A stretch of DNA of 64,000 bases from the human T2T-CHM13v2.0 reference genome, Homo sapiens. Location: the NCBI RefSeq assembly GCF_009914755.1, contig NC_060936.1. The stretch is one strand, 5' to 3'. The notes under the pieces are model-generated. The model worked only from the letters and a program-made list of their open reading frames with translations. It had not been told where the DNA came from and did not search any database. This document shows, in pieces, positions 12,217 through 27,443 of the stretch (positions are counted from its first letter, which is position 1; every line of letters begins with the position of its first letter). Position numbers and translations under genes: made by a program.

Positions 12217-12756
12217 TCAAAAGAAGACATGCATGTGGCCAAGAAGAATATGAAAAAAAAGGCTCAACATAGCTAATAATTAGAGAAATGCAAATCAAAA
12301 CCACAAGGAGACATCATCTCACACCAGTAAGAATGGCTATCACTAAAAAGTCAGAAAATAACAGATGTTGGTGAGGTTGTAGAGAAACGGGAACACTTAC
12401 ACATGGCTGGTGGGAATGTAAATTAGTTTAGCCATTGTGGAAAGCAGTTTGGTGATTTCTCAAAGAACTTAAAAGAGAATTACCATTTGACCCAGCAATC
12501 TCATTATTGGGTATAAACCCATTCTACCATAAAGACACATGCATGTGTATGTTCATTGCAGCACTATTCACAATAGCAAAGACATGGAATCAATATAAAT
12601 GCCCATCAACGGTAGACCGGATAAAGAAAATGTGGTACATAAACACCATGGAGTATTAGCCATAAAACAATGAGATCAGGTCCTTTGCAGCAACATGGAT
12701 GGAGCTGGAAGCCATTATCCTAAGCAAACTAACACAAGAACAGAAAACCAAATATT

Positions 12757-13044
12757 GGCTGGGTGCGGTGGCTCACGCCTGTAATCCCAACACTTTGGGA
12801 GGCCGAGACAGATGGGATCACTTGAAGTCAGGAGTTCAAGATCAGTCTGGGGAACATGGTGAAGGTGAAACCCCATCTCCACTAAAAATACAAAAATTAG
12901 CCTGGCATGGTGGCAGGCACCTGTAATCCCAGCTACTCAGGAGGCTGAGGCATGGGAATTGCTTGAATGCGGGAGGTGGAGGTTGCATTGAGCTGAAATC
13001 GCACTATTGCACTTCAGCCTGGGCGACAGAATGAAACTCTGTCA
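12757..13044 (+). mobile_element. Alu (S-type)
   Basis: Alu dimer; approximate TSD agaaaaccaaat. Confidence 0.92.
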
Positions 13045-13126
13045 AGAAAGAAAGAAAGAAAGAAAAGAAAGAAAGAGAAAGAAAGGAAGGAAGGAAGGAA
13101 GAAAAGAAAGAAAGGAAAGAAAGAAA

Positions 13127-13175
<49 letters not shown>

Positions 13176-13176
13176 A

Positions 13177-13236
<60 letters not shown>

Positions 13237-13285
13237 AAAGAAAGGAAAAGAAAGGAAAGGAAGGAAAGAAAACGAAGGAAAGAAA
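13045..13285 (+). repeat. (GAAA)n/(GGAA)n polypurine microsatellite from Alu tail
   Basis: ~240 nt almost entirely A/G. Confidence 0.97.
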
Positions 13286-14299
13286 ACCAAATGCTGAATG
13301 ATCTCACTTATAAGTGGGAGCTAAACATTGAGTACATAAGAACACAAAGAAGGAAACAAACATTGAGCTGGGAGGAGGGTGGGAGGAGAGTGAGGACTGA
13401 AAAATGATCATGTACTATGCTGATTACCTGGATGATAAAATAAGCTGTGCACCAAACCCCTGTAACATGCAATTTACCTATATAACAAACCTGCATATGT
13501 ACCCCTGAACATAAAAGAAAAGTTATTTAAAAAGAAAGAAAGAAAGCTGGGCCTTGTTTTCTTATATTCTCAGCTCCTGGCTAGAGTTCTTGCTACAGAA
13601 TAAATCCAGGACCTACAACCATGATGTTGCTGCTTGCCTGAGTTTTACTATTCCCTGGCTTTGCACTCCCACTTCCTATCAGATAAAACTAACTTGAGTA
13701 TTAATGACAGCTGGAAGCAAGCTTACTATACCTTTTGGACTTACCATATTAGACAGCTGACTAGTCTATAGGGACTCAGTTTGGTTAAAGTGAGGCAAAA
13801 AAAACAAAACAAAAAAACCCAAAACCTGGTGAATCCACTAATCCTATTACCAGCTTCTTTTTCCTACCAGTCTCTGCCACTAAGGTCTCAGCATGCTTTT
13901 CAATTACACTGCCTGAGTAATAACTAGAGCAGACAGAAAGCTTCAGGAAAGAACAGTTATGGGCAGAATGTCAATTTTTTGAGAAGGAATTGAGCAAAGT
14001 CGTAACTCTAGGACTAACTTGGCTTGTCACTAAGTTCATGACAGAAGAAACTAGATCTGTCTTGTACACCAAATATTTCCAATGCCTAGAAGAGATGTTA
14101 GCACTTATTAGGAGCCAGTTTGTTCCTAATTTGCCTATTGGACAAATGAACTACTACGCAAGGATATGAGTACAAAAAAGAGAGAAGCCTGGCTATGAAA
14201 ACCAAGACTATAAATACACCAAATATTCCCTATCTGCCAATATCTCCTTATAAGAGAATCTGCCTATACTACTGAGTCTTGCCCCGTATCTATGCCCAG

Positions 14300-14478
14300 C
14301 AGCAGAATCAGATCCATAATTTATGGGGCCCTGTGTAAAGCGAAAATGCAGCGCCCCTTCTTCCAAAATTAAGAATTTCATTATAGTGACAGCTGAACAT
14401 TAAACTGAGTGTGCAGATCTCTTCTGAGCCCAGGACCCTGGGCAACTGCACAGGTCACATGCCCGTGAAGCTGCCTGT
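14300..14478. mobile_element. Non-autonomous hAT DNA transposon, MER45-like
   Basis: ggggccctgtgtaaagcgaaaatgcag..gcaactgcacaggtcacatgcccgtgaagctg; family from memory. Confidence 0.55.
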
Positions 14479-15529
14479 CCAGCAGCCCTGTTTACATGAG
14501 TAATCCCTGATCCCCAGACCCAGCTAACCCGAGCAAGTTCAATTCGATTCTCTCTGAAGAACTGGATCTATGAGACAGAGAAACTTAGACAGGTATGGGC
14601 ACTGAGCTCTAAGCTGATGTGGCTTTAGGGCTGGTGGCCATTTTCAACCATAAACACGCAGTTTTATAAGCAGAAAAAGCCAATCATGAGAAAAGTCGGA
14701 GAATGTAGCAGCTTTAGGTGAGATAATCAAGACACCACATGACCACAGAAGAGTGAGAGGCAGAGAGAGAAGCTGTCTGATAAGTTCTTGGGAGGCCCAA
14801 TTGTGTAGACGATTTTCCTGTTCTCTTGAGGCCCAGCTGAACTTTTAGCAATCCTACTCATAATTTGATCTAACTGGAGTAGTGGTTACGGTGGGGGTTT
14901 TGCTGTTTTTGTTTTTGTTTTTTTCTTTCAACCTAAAGATCCCTGAAAAAGCCAGGAAGACATAATAAGCCAACACTGTGGCATCCTAAAGGTTTGGGTT
15001 GCAGTTTCTTAATCTCTTTTGCCTGTCTGCTGGTGGTAGAAACCTTAACAAGGCTAGCAACAGAGGTGGCAGTCAAGTGGTCCAGGTAGAGGGGAGAAGA
15101 AGGCTATAGAGTCTCAGAGAAAAATGGTTCAGTAGAAGCCCCTTAGCTGTTATGATATGGATTAATAGCTGGTCGAAATAGGGGATGAGGTAGGGAATCA
15201 TAAAAACTAGGATATATGTTAAGTATTTTATAAATTTAAAGCACTGAGTGGATATTTTCCCACCAAATTTTGTAATATAGGGCCAAAGGCTTATTTTGTT
15301 AGTACATTAAATGGAGTTCAGAATAATTTTTCTTTCATCTTCCACCCATAACACAACATCTCTCACTTCCAGTTCTGATTTCTCTAAATTGTGTTAGGAA
15401 TTTAAAGATTCATGCAAAATAAAATGAGTGTAAATTTTTCCCGAATTTTTATATTTACTCATCTTTTATAATTGTCTAATTAGCAACTAATTTTGACAGC
15501 CACTTTTTAGTTGCTTATTGAGTCTTTTC

Positions 15530-16370
15530 AACCATGTAACTTACTTTTTTAAGAAATACTTTACGTACAGTTAAAATTATCAATTTTAAGTGGATGACTC
15601 CATGAATGTTGACATATGCATACACCTATTTAACCACTATTCCAATCAAGGTAGAGAACATTTCCATCCCCCACCTAAGTTTCTCCTGCACCCTTGCACA
15701 GTCTCCTCTCTCATTACCCAGCACTTGGAAACTACTGATTGAAACTAGTGCTTTCTATAACTCTAGTTTTGTCTTTTCTATAATTTTATATAAATAGAAG
15801 AATATAGTCTTCTGGGTCCACTTTTTCACTTAGCATAATGCTTTTGAGATTATCTATGTTTTTGCATGTATCGGTAATTCATTCCTTTTTTATTAGAGTA
15901 ATATTCTGGTGTATTAACTTAGAACAATTCTTTTATACACTCATTTGCTGATAGATGTTTAGATATTTTTCAGTTTTGGGCTACTACAAACAAAACTACT
16001 ATGAACATTTATGGGTAAATCCTGGTATGGACTTTCATATTCTTAAAAGTAAAGTGGCTAGGTTGTATGACAGGTGTGTTTTTAACCTTTTAAGGAACTG
16101 CCAAAATATTTTTCAAAGTTGGTTGTGCCATTTTGCATTCCCGCCAGCAATGAACCAGCGTTTCAGTTGCTCTACATCCTCATCAATTCTTGCCAATGGT
16201 ATCCTTTCTATTTTAGCAATTCTAGTGAATGTGTGATTGTATCTCATGTGGTTTTAATCTGCAGTTCCTTGATGACTAATGTTATGTATCTGTTTATATA
16301 TATATTCTTTGACATCTGCATATACTCTTTGATCAAGTGGCCAAATCTTTTGACTTTTTTTGTTTGTTTT
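15530..16370 (-). mobile_element. Old L1M 3' end
   Basis: Reverse L1 3' motifs (ccattttgcattccc..cagcaatg, gtggttttaatctgca). Confidence 0.7.
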
Positions 16371-16469
16371 TGATGATGACAAGTTTCATGTGTTATTAGA
16401 AAAATGGGTTTAAATGGAGAGTAGACCTCTGAAAAAGACCACTTTTCCTTACTGGAAAGATTATTTGAT

Positions 16470-16680
16470 TTAGTGCCACAGTTCCAGCTGTGGTTCTGCC
16501 ACATACAGACTATGTAACTTTGAACAAGTTATGCAATCTCTTTCAGACACCATCTACAACATGGGGAAAATAATTATACCCTTCTCATTCAGTTATTTCA
16601 AGAATCAGACCAGACAGCTGATATACAACATCTAGCACTGACATTGAGGATGCATTCAGTAAACAATGGTGTTTGTAATT
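16470..16680. mobile_element. MIR
   Basis: tatgtaactttgaacaagttatgcaatctct core. Confidence 0.55.
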
Positions 16681-16765
16681 ATGGTTATATGGTATTAAGA
16701 TTGCATATTGCTTTTTCTCTCTTTCTTCCCTTCCTCTCTATTTCTCTTTGTTGTTGTTTTTGTTT

Positions 16766-16768
16766 ATA

Positions 16769-16834
<66 letters not shown>

Positions 16835-16957
16835 TTTTGGAGAGATGGCATCTCCCTATGTTGCCCAGGCTGGTCTTGAACTCCTGTGCTCAAGCAATCC
16901 CCCTCACCTCCGTCTCCCAAAGTGCTGGGATCACAGGTATGAGCCACCGTGCCCAGC
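16766..16957 (-). mobile_element. Alu monomer (FLAM-like) with (TG)n(TA)n(T)n compound microsatellite
   Basis: Left-arm sequence reverse plus STR. Confidence 0.85.
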
Positions 16958-17313
16958 CTCTGTTGTTTTTAATTGCAGAATGCACAAGTCATACAAAACC
17001 TTGTCTCCAGACAGCTCTGACTAGTGGCCCCACCTACTATTCCTTAGCAGATTGTAGTTGCAAACCCAATCTCCTACACAATCCTGTCTGGTGCAACTGG
17101 GATGAGAATTTCTCTCTCTGCCCTAGTCACAGACTAGCAAGTACAGCATGTGATTGGGTCGGAAGAAAAACCATCTGATAATTAGGCCCATTATCATTTT
17201 GAAGAATTTCTGGAAATTTTATAAGTGAAAATGGTGTTCGGAATATTTGCATTTGAAAGAACAATAAAATCTATACTTCGTAGATTGTATTTGCAAAAGC
17301 TAGTGACCTGTGA

Positions 17314-17725
<412 letters not shown>

Positions 17726-18029
17726 ACTTTTGGAGATTATTTCTATAGTTTACTACTAGAGAATAAATCTGACCGTATAGAGTATTGAATACTAGGAGGA
17801 GTCGTTTCTCTCCCTTTGCATGAGGTAAGAGGGAGGGAACAAAGTCTGAGTGCTGTTTTAATTTTGGCTTCCAAAGCTGACTTTTCTTGAATAGTGTTTT
17901 TTTCTATATCTTACTCTATTCGTCAAATATTTTTCAGTGTTTTCCAGTATTTGCCACTTTTTGGCTTTAAGGTAGTATATTGATTAAATGAGTAATTATA
18001 TTTTTGGTTGTTATGAGTTTGTTTTTTTA

Positions 18030-19680
18030 AAAAATCAACTATTTACTTTGGGATAATTTATAGTTGCACAAAAGTTGTAAGATACTGCAGAGACCCTTCA
18101 CCCAGTTTTAGTTTCCCTTACTGTTATACACATACATTATGATAGTACATTTGTAAGAAATGGACCTTAGTATATTACGATTAACTAAGGTCCAGACATT
18201 ATTTGACTATCACCAGGTTTTCCATTAATTTTCCTTTTCTGTTCTAAGATCTCATCCAGGATACTTCATTGCATTTAGTTGTCATGGCTCCTTAGTCATC
18301 TCTGGTTTCTGACAGTTTCTTAGTCTTTAGTTGTTTTTCATAACCTATAAAGTTCTGAGGAGTACTAGTCAGGTATTTTGTATAATGTCCCTCAAATTGT
18401 GTTTGTCTGATGTTTTTCTTTTGGTTGGGCTGGGGTCATGGAGTTTTGAAATGAGTAACACAGAGATGAAGTGCCTTTTTCATTGCATTATATTAGGGGG
18501 CACATGATATTCACATGACATTACCCATGATGTTAATCTTCATCACTTGGTTAAGGTAGTGTTTATAGGCTTTTCCATTGTAAAGCTACTGTTTTCTCTT
18601 TCCATACTCTATTCCTTGGAGTGAATCACTAAGTCAAGCCCACACTCAGAAGGGAGGCATGGGAAGAACGAAGCTCCTCCCCTTGGAGAAGAGGGATCTA
18701 CATATATTTTTTGGAATTCCGTAATAAAGATTTGTCTCTTTTCCTACATTATTTATTCAGTCATTGATTTATATCAGTATAGACACATGACTATTTTATC
18801 CTTTGGGTTATATGCCTTTACTATATTTATTTCATTGATCAAGTTGTTCCAACTTTAGACATCAGGTATTTCTTTAGTTTGACTCTTGTGTCCCTTATAC
18901 AGGACCCTGCCCTTTTCTGGAGGGGTTAAGGAAGGAGCACTTCCCTACTTTCTGGCACTACAAGATGTTCCAAGCTCATCTTATATTTTCTGTGTCCCAG
19001 TACTAGAATCAGCCATTTCTCCAAGGAGCCCTGGTTCTTTGGAGAATAAGATTTAGAAACCAAGATTTGGACACTGGGACTACTTAATGTTACAGAAACA
19101 TCATTACCTTTAAGACCTCTTAGCAGAGAGAGCTAGGTAATTATGTATACCAACTCACTGACATTCAGAGATCTCTCATTTCTGTATCTATCCATTTGTA
19201 TATATAAGCCAATAAATACTGATATCTCCAACAGTAATCCAGCACCACAGGGGTCATTCTAGACTTCTCTTCTTGCTGATTTGTAACTTTCCTCTCCAAT
19301 AGTGGGAAACCAGGTCTTAACCATCCACCCTCCATTTACTAATTTGTTCAATGCTTTTGATTAATTTTTTAAAAATAGAGTTGCTTTTCTCATTGAGTTG
19401 TATGAGTTCTTTATTTATTCTCTATTATTGTGGGTATTTCTTATATCAGGTATATGTGTTGCAGATATTTTCTCTCAGTTCATGTCTTGCCTTTTCATTT
19501 TCTTTTGAATATTAAAAGTTTTTCACATTGATGAAGTCCAATTTATTGCTTTTTTTCTTTTATAGTTGTGCTTTTTGTGCCCCATCTAAGAAATTTTAGC
19601 TTATCCCAAGGTCTCAAAGATTGTCTCCTACATTTTAATCTACATATTTTAGAATTTTAGCTCTTACATTAGTTCTGGTT
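18030..19680 (-). mobile_element. Old L1MC-type fragments
   Basis: Reverse L1MC-like 3'UTR motifs (agaatcagccatttctccaaggagccctggtt) and ORF2 3' sequence. Confidence 0.7.
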
Positions 19681-20134
19681 AATTTTTGTCTACTAGATTT
19701 TCATAAAACAATAACACTTTTATTTTTACATGTTTTTGTTTATATAATATTCAAACTACATTATTACAAGTACAACAGCTTAGGGAAGCACAACTGAATC
19801 TTAATAAATACTAACTAGACTGGCAGAGCAGACACGTAGCATATACTAGAGAATAGCCTCCCCAGCCTGGGTCTTCAGCACTGTGGGCCTTATGGGTAAG
19901 TTTACCAAGGTAATGAAGAGTTTGGTTAATCTGATGTGTAGATGAACAGAAAGTGGGTTTAAAAAAAAATCTACCAGATATAAAACAGTAAGCTGATAGA
20001 TCAATTCTGTGCTTTCAAAACTAGCCCTAAATTATATCTTTCTTTTTGGCTGTCATAATTTCAGAAAAACTGATCAACCAGAAAAATGGTTTACAAACTG
20101 TTCTGCAGAGGTTTATGATTCCATTGCAGTTACA

Positions 20135-20714
20135 TGTAGGGCAATAGTAACTACCATAGGTTCTTAGTTGGAACAGATCCCTGTTACAAAAGACAGATGA
20201 ACAAGAAAAAGACAGAAGTTTACTAACATGTATATTTTTTATATTTACATGGGAGACATCCAGAAAATAAGTAGTTCTCCTAGAGGTGGCTTTGACTTCC
20301 AGTTTAAATAGCATCTTCAAGAAAGAAAAGTAAATTTTTAGAGACATGACAAGACAAAGGAAAAGGACTTTGAGTTTTTAGGTGCTAAAATTTGTGGAAA
20401 AGTAAATAATAGGTTGACAAATTCTAGTTAATAAAGCTTATAAATGTAGATTCCACTGGTACCTCTCTGGGATGACAAATTGTCTTCAATGGTTAACAAA
20501 GTTTAAACCTTTGTTCTCCCTGGTAGAAGAGGGTTGGGGAAAGCATGGAGGGACTGGGGTGAGCCACAGGCCGAATATCTTTCTTTTGTCTTTGTAAATC
20601 TATGTCCTGCTTTTAGGCTTATAGAAGGAGGGCAGAGAGCTTTCCTGTATCCTCTTAATTGTCTTCAGCTCAACAGTCCTTTATATTTTGGGGTGGCATA
20701 TTCTGGTCTCCCAT
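20135..20714 (-). mobile_element. Solo ERV1 LTR, MER34-group-like
   Basis: Ends atattttggggtggcatattctggtc, the reverse of the LTR start seen at ~100-125. Confidence 0.6.
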
Positions 20715-22300
20715 ATTAGAATGCTCAAGTGAAAGAAGTTGTTAGTTTTTTGTTTTGTTTTGTTTTCTATTTTGCATAGATTGCTTTTTCTTTAGGGGTT
20801 CTGTAGCTTATAAGAAAAGGAGTAAAGGTTGGAAATCATGATTGAACAGGTACTCACTCAGAGGAAATCAATCAGTTGTGGGTATGTTGGATAACAGGTA
20901 TGAAAGACAGTGTTTGTTGCCTAACCAGAAGCCATTTCCTCCTCTTTCTTGCTAACCATACCTTGATTTCATACCAGTAGCAATGTACTCAATACAGTAG
21001 ACACTAGCACAGCTGCTGCAGGTAGCCAGCTTCAGAGACCCAGTATTCAGCCCCCATCCTGCTTGATCCTACCTCAAGAAAATCTTCTGGTCTCAAGGCA
21101 TTTCTCTAAGTTTTTACTTCTTGCTTATTTGGCCTTTGTGGCAGCCAAGGAAGGTTGACAGGTAAATGAGTAAAAGGTGACAAGGTATGTGACATTATAC
21201 GGAGGCTCTGATTCAATTTAGTTCCTTAAGGCTGATTTATAAATAGCCTCACCAGGTTGATTAACATTTAAACATTTCAAGGGAGAGCACTTTCTTCAGT
21301 TTCTTTAGAAGACAGCCTTATCAGCTGTAAAGTCAAGATGTAGCATACTTGTTTGGTTCCCCTAAGCAAAATTCTTTTCTGTAAAGATGAGGTTAGAATA
21401 TGGTGTTCTCTCACTTTCAAAATATTTTTAAGCTTGAGCGATGATGTGTTATTGAAGAAAAACCTTCTTATTTGATCTGATTTAATTAAATCAGCAGTCT
21501 CATTCTATGGTTTAGATATGCATAATCTTAGAATATGATCATTTTGGCTTATAATTAATTTAGACTGTGTTGAGAACATCATTTTTGTTGTTAAAAGAAC
21601 CTGCCTAATTTATTCTCTGAACTGATAAATTTAATTATCAGTTTCTTTAAATTTCCTTTGGAAGCATCCTTTCAAACATCACATCATAAAAGCCAGTACT
21701 GGTATTCTGACTAACCTAAAATGCAATGATCAGTAGGCACAAAATAAGAAACAGTTTAAAATGCTGTTCCAGATAAATTTGAGATATAAAAATGTAATAA
21801 AAAATGTAATGAAAGGGAAATACCTGCCTCAGCTCCATCATTGGGAGGCATGGCTGGAAAAGGAATCACAATGACACCAAATAAGAAATATGAAAGTCAT
21901 TTACTCCAAACCGTAATTTCACAGAAGTGGAAATGGGCTCAGAAAGGCTGAGTGATTAACCTTAAATCACATGCCTTCTCTTTGGCAGGAGACTAAACCT
22001 AGGCATCCTAACTTCCAGTCTTATACTGTTTTTTCTTTAAATTACTTCAGTGGAGCTGATAACATCTGTTATGGCCATCTTTATAATGAATGTCAATGAC
22101 CAGCCTAATTGGTCAGTCATCATTATTAAGGTGAGCAAAAAAATTATAGAGGTGAATACTTCCATCTCATTCACTTCTGATGAATGAACTTCAACCTTGT
22201 CACAACTGTTCTGGTTTTTAGGCTTGATTGTGTTAGCATAAGTCCATCAATCTTTCCAGTTTTCTCTTTCAATCCTAGGAGAAAAGACTTAATAGATATT

Positions 22301-22853
<553 letters not shown>

Positions 22854-22876
22854 TTAGTATGTAGAGTTGCGTAAGT

Positions 22877-23624
22877 GTAGGGATCAAGGGAAAACTTCTC
22901 CATTACCCTCTGAAGGTTCACTGAAAATCAACTGACAAAAGGCAGATTAATAGGAGAAAAGGCATACAAAATTTTATTTTAACATGCATAGCATGGGGGA
23001 TTCACAGGAAAATGATTATCCAATAACCCAATGGGGGACAGAAGGTTATTTACCCTTTTTCATAGAGGAGACCTGGACCTGGGAGGCAGGAGGTGGAGCT
23101 GCACAGGAACAAAGTTTGTCTTATTATGCAAATAAAGTTATTCATGTAATCTCTTGGAGCTTCCTTTCAAAGAATAGATGAAAAGTCTTTAGCCAGGTGT
23201 GCTGGCAGTGAGCCTAGGAGTTTGAGCCTATAGTGTACTATGATGGTACCTATGAATGGTCCCTGTATTCCAGACTGGGCAACATAGCAAGACCACTTTT
23301 CCAAAAAAAAAAAAAGTTTGTCTGGTGTGGTGATGACTCCCAGTCTCTCTAGATGTTAATATTTCCTGGTTATTTGATAAGATCCCATAAGATCCCTAGG
23401 GAGACCGTTTAAGACAATTGCTTTTTTTTTTTTTTTTTTTTTGGAAAGAAGCTTTTTTGGTCTGATAAGGAAATTTCATAGAGAGTCCCTCCCTGCACAG
23501 GCAGGGGCAGGGCTGTGGGGGAACAAGAAAAGGTTAGAGAGGCCATGATTCCAACGCAGCTTCTAAGGTCTCTCAGTATGTTAAAGTGTCAGTCTTTGGG
23601 TGTATTGCTTTTTGAGTCCCAACA
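22877..23624 (-). mobile_element. Solo LTR, MER39-like, with inserted Alu monomer (23190-23315)
   Basis: ctgacaaaaggcagattaataggagaaaaggcataca U5 motif; TG...CA ends. Confidence 0.65.
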
Positions 23625-23846
23625 TAAGTTAATCAAAGAATGAAGAAATCTCACATTTGTAAAGCACCTCGCAGATGACAAAGTACCTCAAATATATCAC
23701 AACACTATGAGATATTATTCTTGCTTTGCAGATAAAAGAATTGTTAAACTGACTAGCAAAGCCAGACTAGAAACCAGTTCTGTGTCCAAATCTAGTGCTC
23801 TTTCCACATTTTACCTTTTGCAAATCACTTAAGAAATGATTAATCT

Positions 23847-24131
23847 TCCATTTCTGAACCCCGAATATGTGAGACAGGTCTCAGTTAATTTAGAAAGTTT
23901 ATTTTTTCAAGGTTGAGGACTCACGCCATAGGTAGATAAGAGACAAATGGTTGCATTCTTCTGGGTTTCTGATTAGCCTCTCCAAAGGAAGCAATCAGAT
24001 ATGCATTTATCTCAGTGAGCAAAGAGGTGACTTTGAATAGGATGGGAGGCAGGTTTGCCCTAACAGTTCCCAGCTTGACTTTCCCCTTTAGCTCAATGAT
24101 TTGGGGGCCCCAATATTTGTTTTCCTTTCAC
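23847..24131 (-). mobile_element. MER4A-like LTR, internally deleted
   Basis: gagacaggtctcagttaatttagaaagtttatt..ttttcctttcaca. Confidence 0.7.
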
Positions 24132-25448
24132 ACACTATACTGGACATAATTAACTCATGTCCAGAAGGAAAATGTGTGAAGGCCAAATGTTTTTCTCATC
24201 TACTATTGTTCCAATACTTGAAAACAACAACAACAACAACAAACCTAAGCTAGGAAGATTTGAACATTTAAAAGCCAGATAATTCTTTTAGAAAAGGTTA
24301 AATTGTTAGGACACAGTGAGAGGTCTTGAGACTTTTGGAGGGACTTAAGAATTCAAGACCCTGTCAATGATTTGACTTGCCTACAGAAAGTAAACATAAA
24401 ACACAAAGGGAACCCCTAGTTGCTTTTCAATAACATGGCAACTTCATGGTCCCCCTCCCACCCCCGCCTCTCTGCACACACCCTCTCTTGCCATTGCAGA
24501 AAGATGACTAATGGCTTATATACAAGAGATAGCAGTTAATATAAGACACATGATGTTATACAATAATTAGGCAAAATTAGAGTATTTACATTTCAACTAC
24601 CTTGGTTCTTTATTTTTTACAAAAGTGAAAAATAGTGATGGGTTGATACAGCCCCCTGGTAAAGCTCAAGTTGTCACTTTCAACTTTTATGCAGGATACT
24701 TTGAGGTGGGAATTTTTAAAGGTGTTATTTTCACAGGACATTAGCATAATAAACACACATTACCTTCAGTCAATGAGCATCACCTTATGCAGAATTAATG
24801 GAATGTAGATATGTGAGAAGTGATCAGTAAGTGAATGTTTTGCTATCAGTCTTTATTCATTTCAAAAAGTTTCCTCATAATTCAAAACAATCTGAACTAT
24901 CTGTCATTAGCTTCTAGTGTAAGAAATGGAGTAATCCATTAACGAGCTTTGTCAGATGGCAGTCCATATTCTTTTAAATCAGTGGAACACTATCTGGCAT
25001 AGAACCCCAGGGTATATGATGCTGTTAGCAATTGGGTATCCATTCACCTTAGTGAATGGCAAATAACAAAGCCATGCAAACAGATATAAAATCCTGGCCA
25101 ACTCAACTGTTCTTTTAAAAAATCTGTCTCAAAATACCCTGCAAAGTGTATACAGAATGATAAAAGAAGAATGAGGCAAAGGAGAATGATTAAAGGAGAA
25201 TGAGGCAAAAGAGGATCCTTCTATATCCTTCAGATACAGAAGGATCTGTGATGATGTCAACTTCACTCAGTTGCAGCACTAAATTGGCCACTGCTTACTT
25301 AGTTTGTCTACTCTGGGCAGTAGGGTCCTGACTGAAAATGTTAATTGCATCCACCAAATTTGAGTATTTCACCTATAAAATTTTTGAGGATTATTTTGCA
25401 TAAGCCCCAGTTTAAAACAATAAAACCTCCTCTGTGAAGATTTAACTA

Positions 25449-25522
25449 ACATAAGTATACATAGCATTATAAGTCATAAGTATACATAGCATTATACATA
25501 AGTATACATAGCATTATAAGTA
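25449..25522. repeat. Short tandem repeat, 3 copies of cataagtatacatagcattata
   Basis: Seen directly. Confidence 0.85.
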
Positions 25523-26438
25523 TTAGGAATAAGTATTCATGGCAAATTGCAAGTGATATAGAAATAACAATGCTACTTCAATGGGTATTAATAAAAAATA
25601 AATCTGAGTAATGAGGATGGACTATTCTTGTTAAAGTATAATTTTCAAAAAGCAAAACCATGACTCTCAAGCATATATAAAATTATGGGAGAACCAGTAA
25701 GATGTTATGATAGGTTGAAAGAGAGTTAAGAAACTGGATTATTCATAGGACATTTAACAAACAAACGTTAGGATAAGATTGCTGGGTTAGATATAAACTG
25801 GTAATGACCAGTAGGCCATAAATCTCTATAGTCATCTGTTCCAGCAGAAATTACCACCATCTCTACCTGACAAAGTCTCTGAGTTAATGAGTGACTTACT
25901 AAGTCTGATCCTATAATTACAGTAGCACTGAGAAGAACAATCCTTGGGTGGCCTTTTCTACTGTTTCATATTGAAAGTCATGCTGTCACCATTTTGTTTT
26001 GTTTTTGTTTTTGCCTCATTTCCAAGTTTTTGGTAATTTTTCTGATGTGTCTTTTCATTAATTAGCTCCTACAGAATCATAATCTAAGTGGGTCCAAACC
26101 ATTCCATAGATCAAAACTAATACTCAAATTGGACAAGAATTCTCATTCTCTCTGCCTGCTTTATTTAATAGTCATTAAAAGTATAACTTTCAAACCAAGC
26201 TACATGGATTTCATCAAACATACTTTCTATTGCCCTCAGTTTTCTGTTCTTATTTAATTTTGCACAAATGTGGATTTGCACTAAGGAAATATTGGAGATG
26301 TGCCCATTATATAAAAATATTCTTCATTACAGCTTCCTGAAAAATGTCTGACAGTGCTTTCTTTAATTGTGTTTAGGATAACCCTATAGCTCTCACTAGC
26401 TTTAGATAGTGCAGAGAAAAATGCATCTTTCAGACTAA

Positions 26439-26929
<491 letters not shown>

Positions 26930-26936
26930 TAGCCTC

Positions 26937-27443
26937 TGTATTTGTCCATTCTCACACCACTATAAAAATACTACCTGAGACTGGGTAATTTATAAACAAA
27001 AGAGGTTTAATTGACTCACAGTTCTGCATGGCTGGGAGGCCTCAGTGGAAACTTACAATCATGGCAGAAGGCGAAGGGGAAGCAAGGCACATCTTACATG
27101 GTGGCAAGAGAGAGAGCAAGGAGGTGCCACACTTTAAAACTGTCAGCTCTCATGAGAACAGATTCACTATTATGAGAACAGCCATGGGTTTCCCCCATGA
27201 AAGTGCCTATCCTAGTGTCCTAGGGAAGTTTATGCTAGCATTGATGTTGGCATTCACCTGCAAGTCAATTCTTGGGCCTTCCTGTTGCTTACTCAGATGC
27301 CAGTAGGGGCAGCAGTGGCTTGGGCAGGTGGGCATGTTCATGGGAGACCACCCCCATGATCCAGTCACCTCCCACCAGGTCAACTTGTGGGGATTACAAT
27401 TTGAGATGAGATTTCAGTGGGGGCACAGAGCCAAACCATATCA
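26937..27443 (-). mobile_element. MaLR solo LTR (MSTA/THE1D-type) with foreign insert at 27198-27339
   Basis: tgta...gagccaaaccatatca ends; TSD gcctc/acctc. Confidence 0.88.

Noticed and set aside
13007-13307. K/E/R-rich and F/L/S-rich ORFs
   Set aside because: Translation of the (GAAA)n tract
25449-25522. Superficial loxP resemblance (atagcattatac)
   Set aside because: No 13-bp inverted arms; simple tandem triplication
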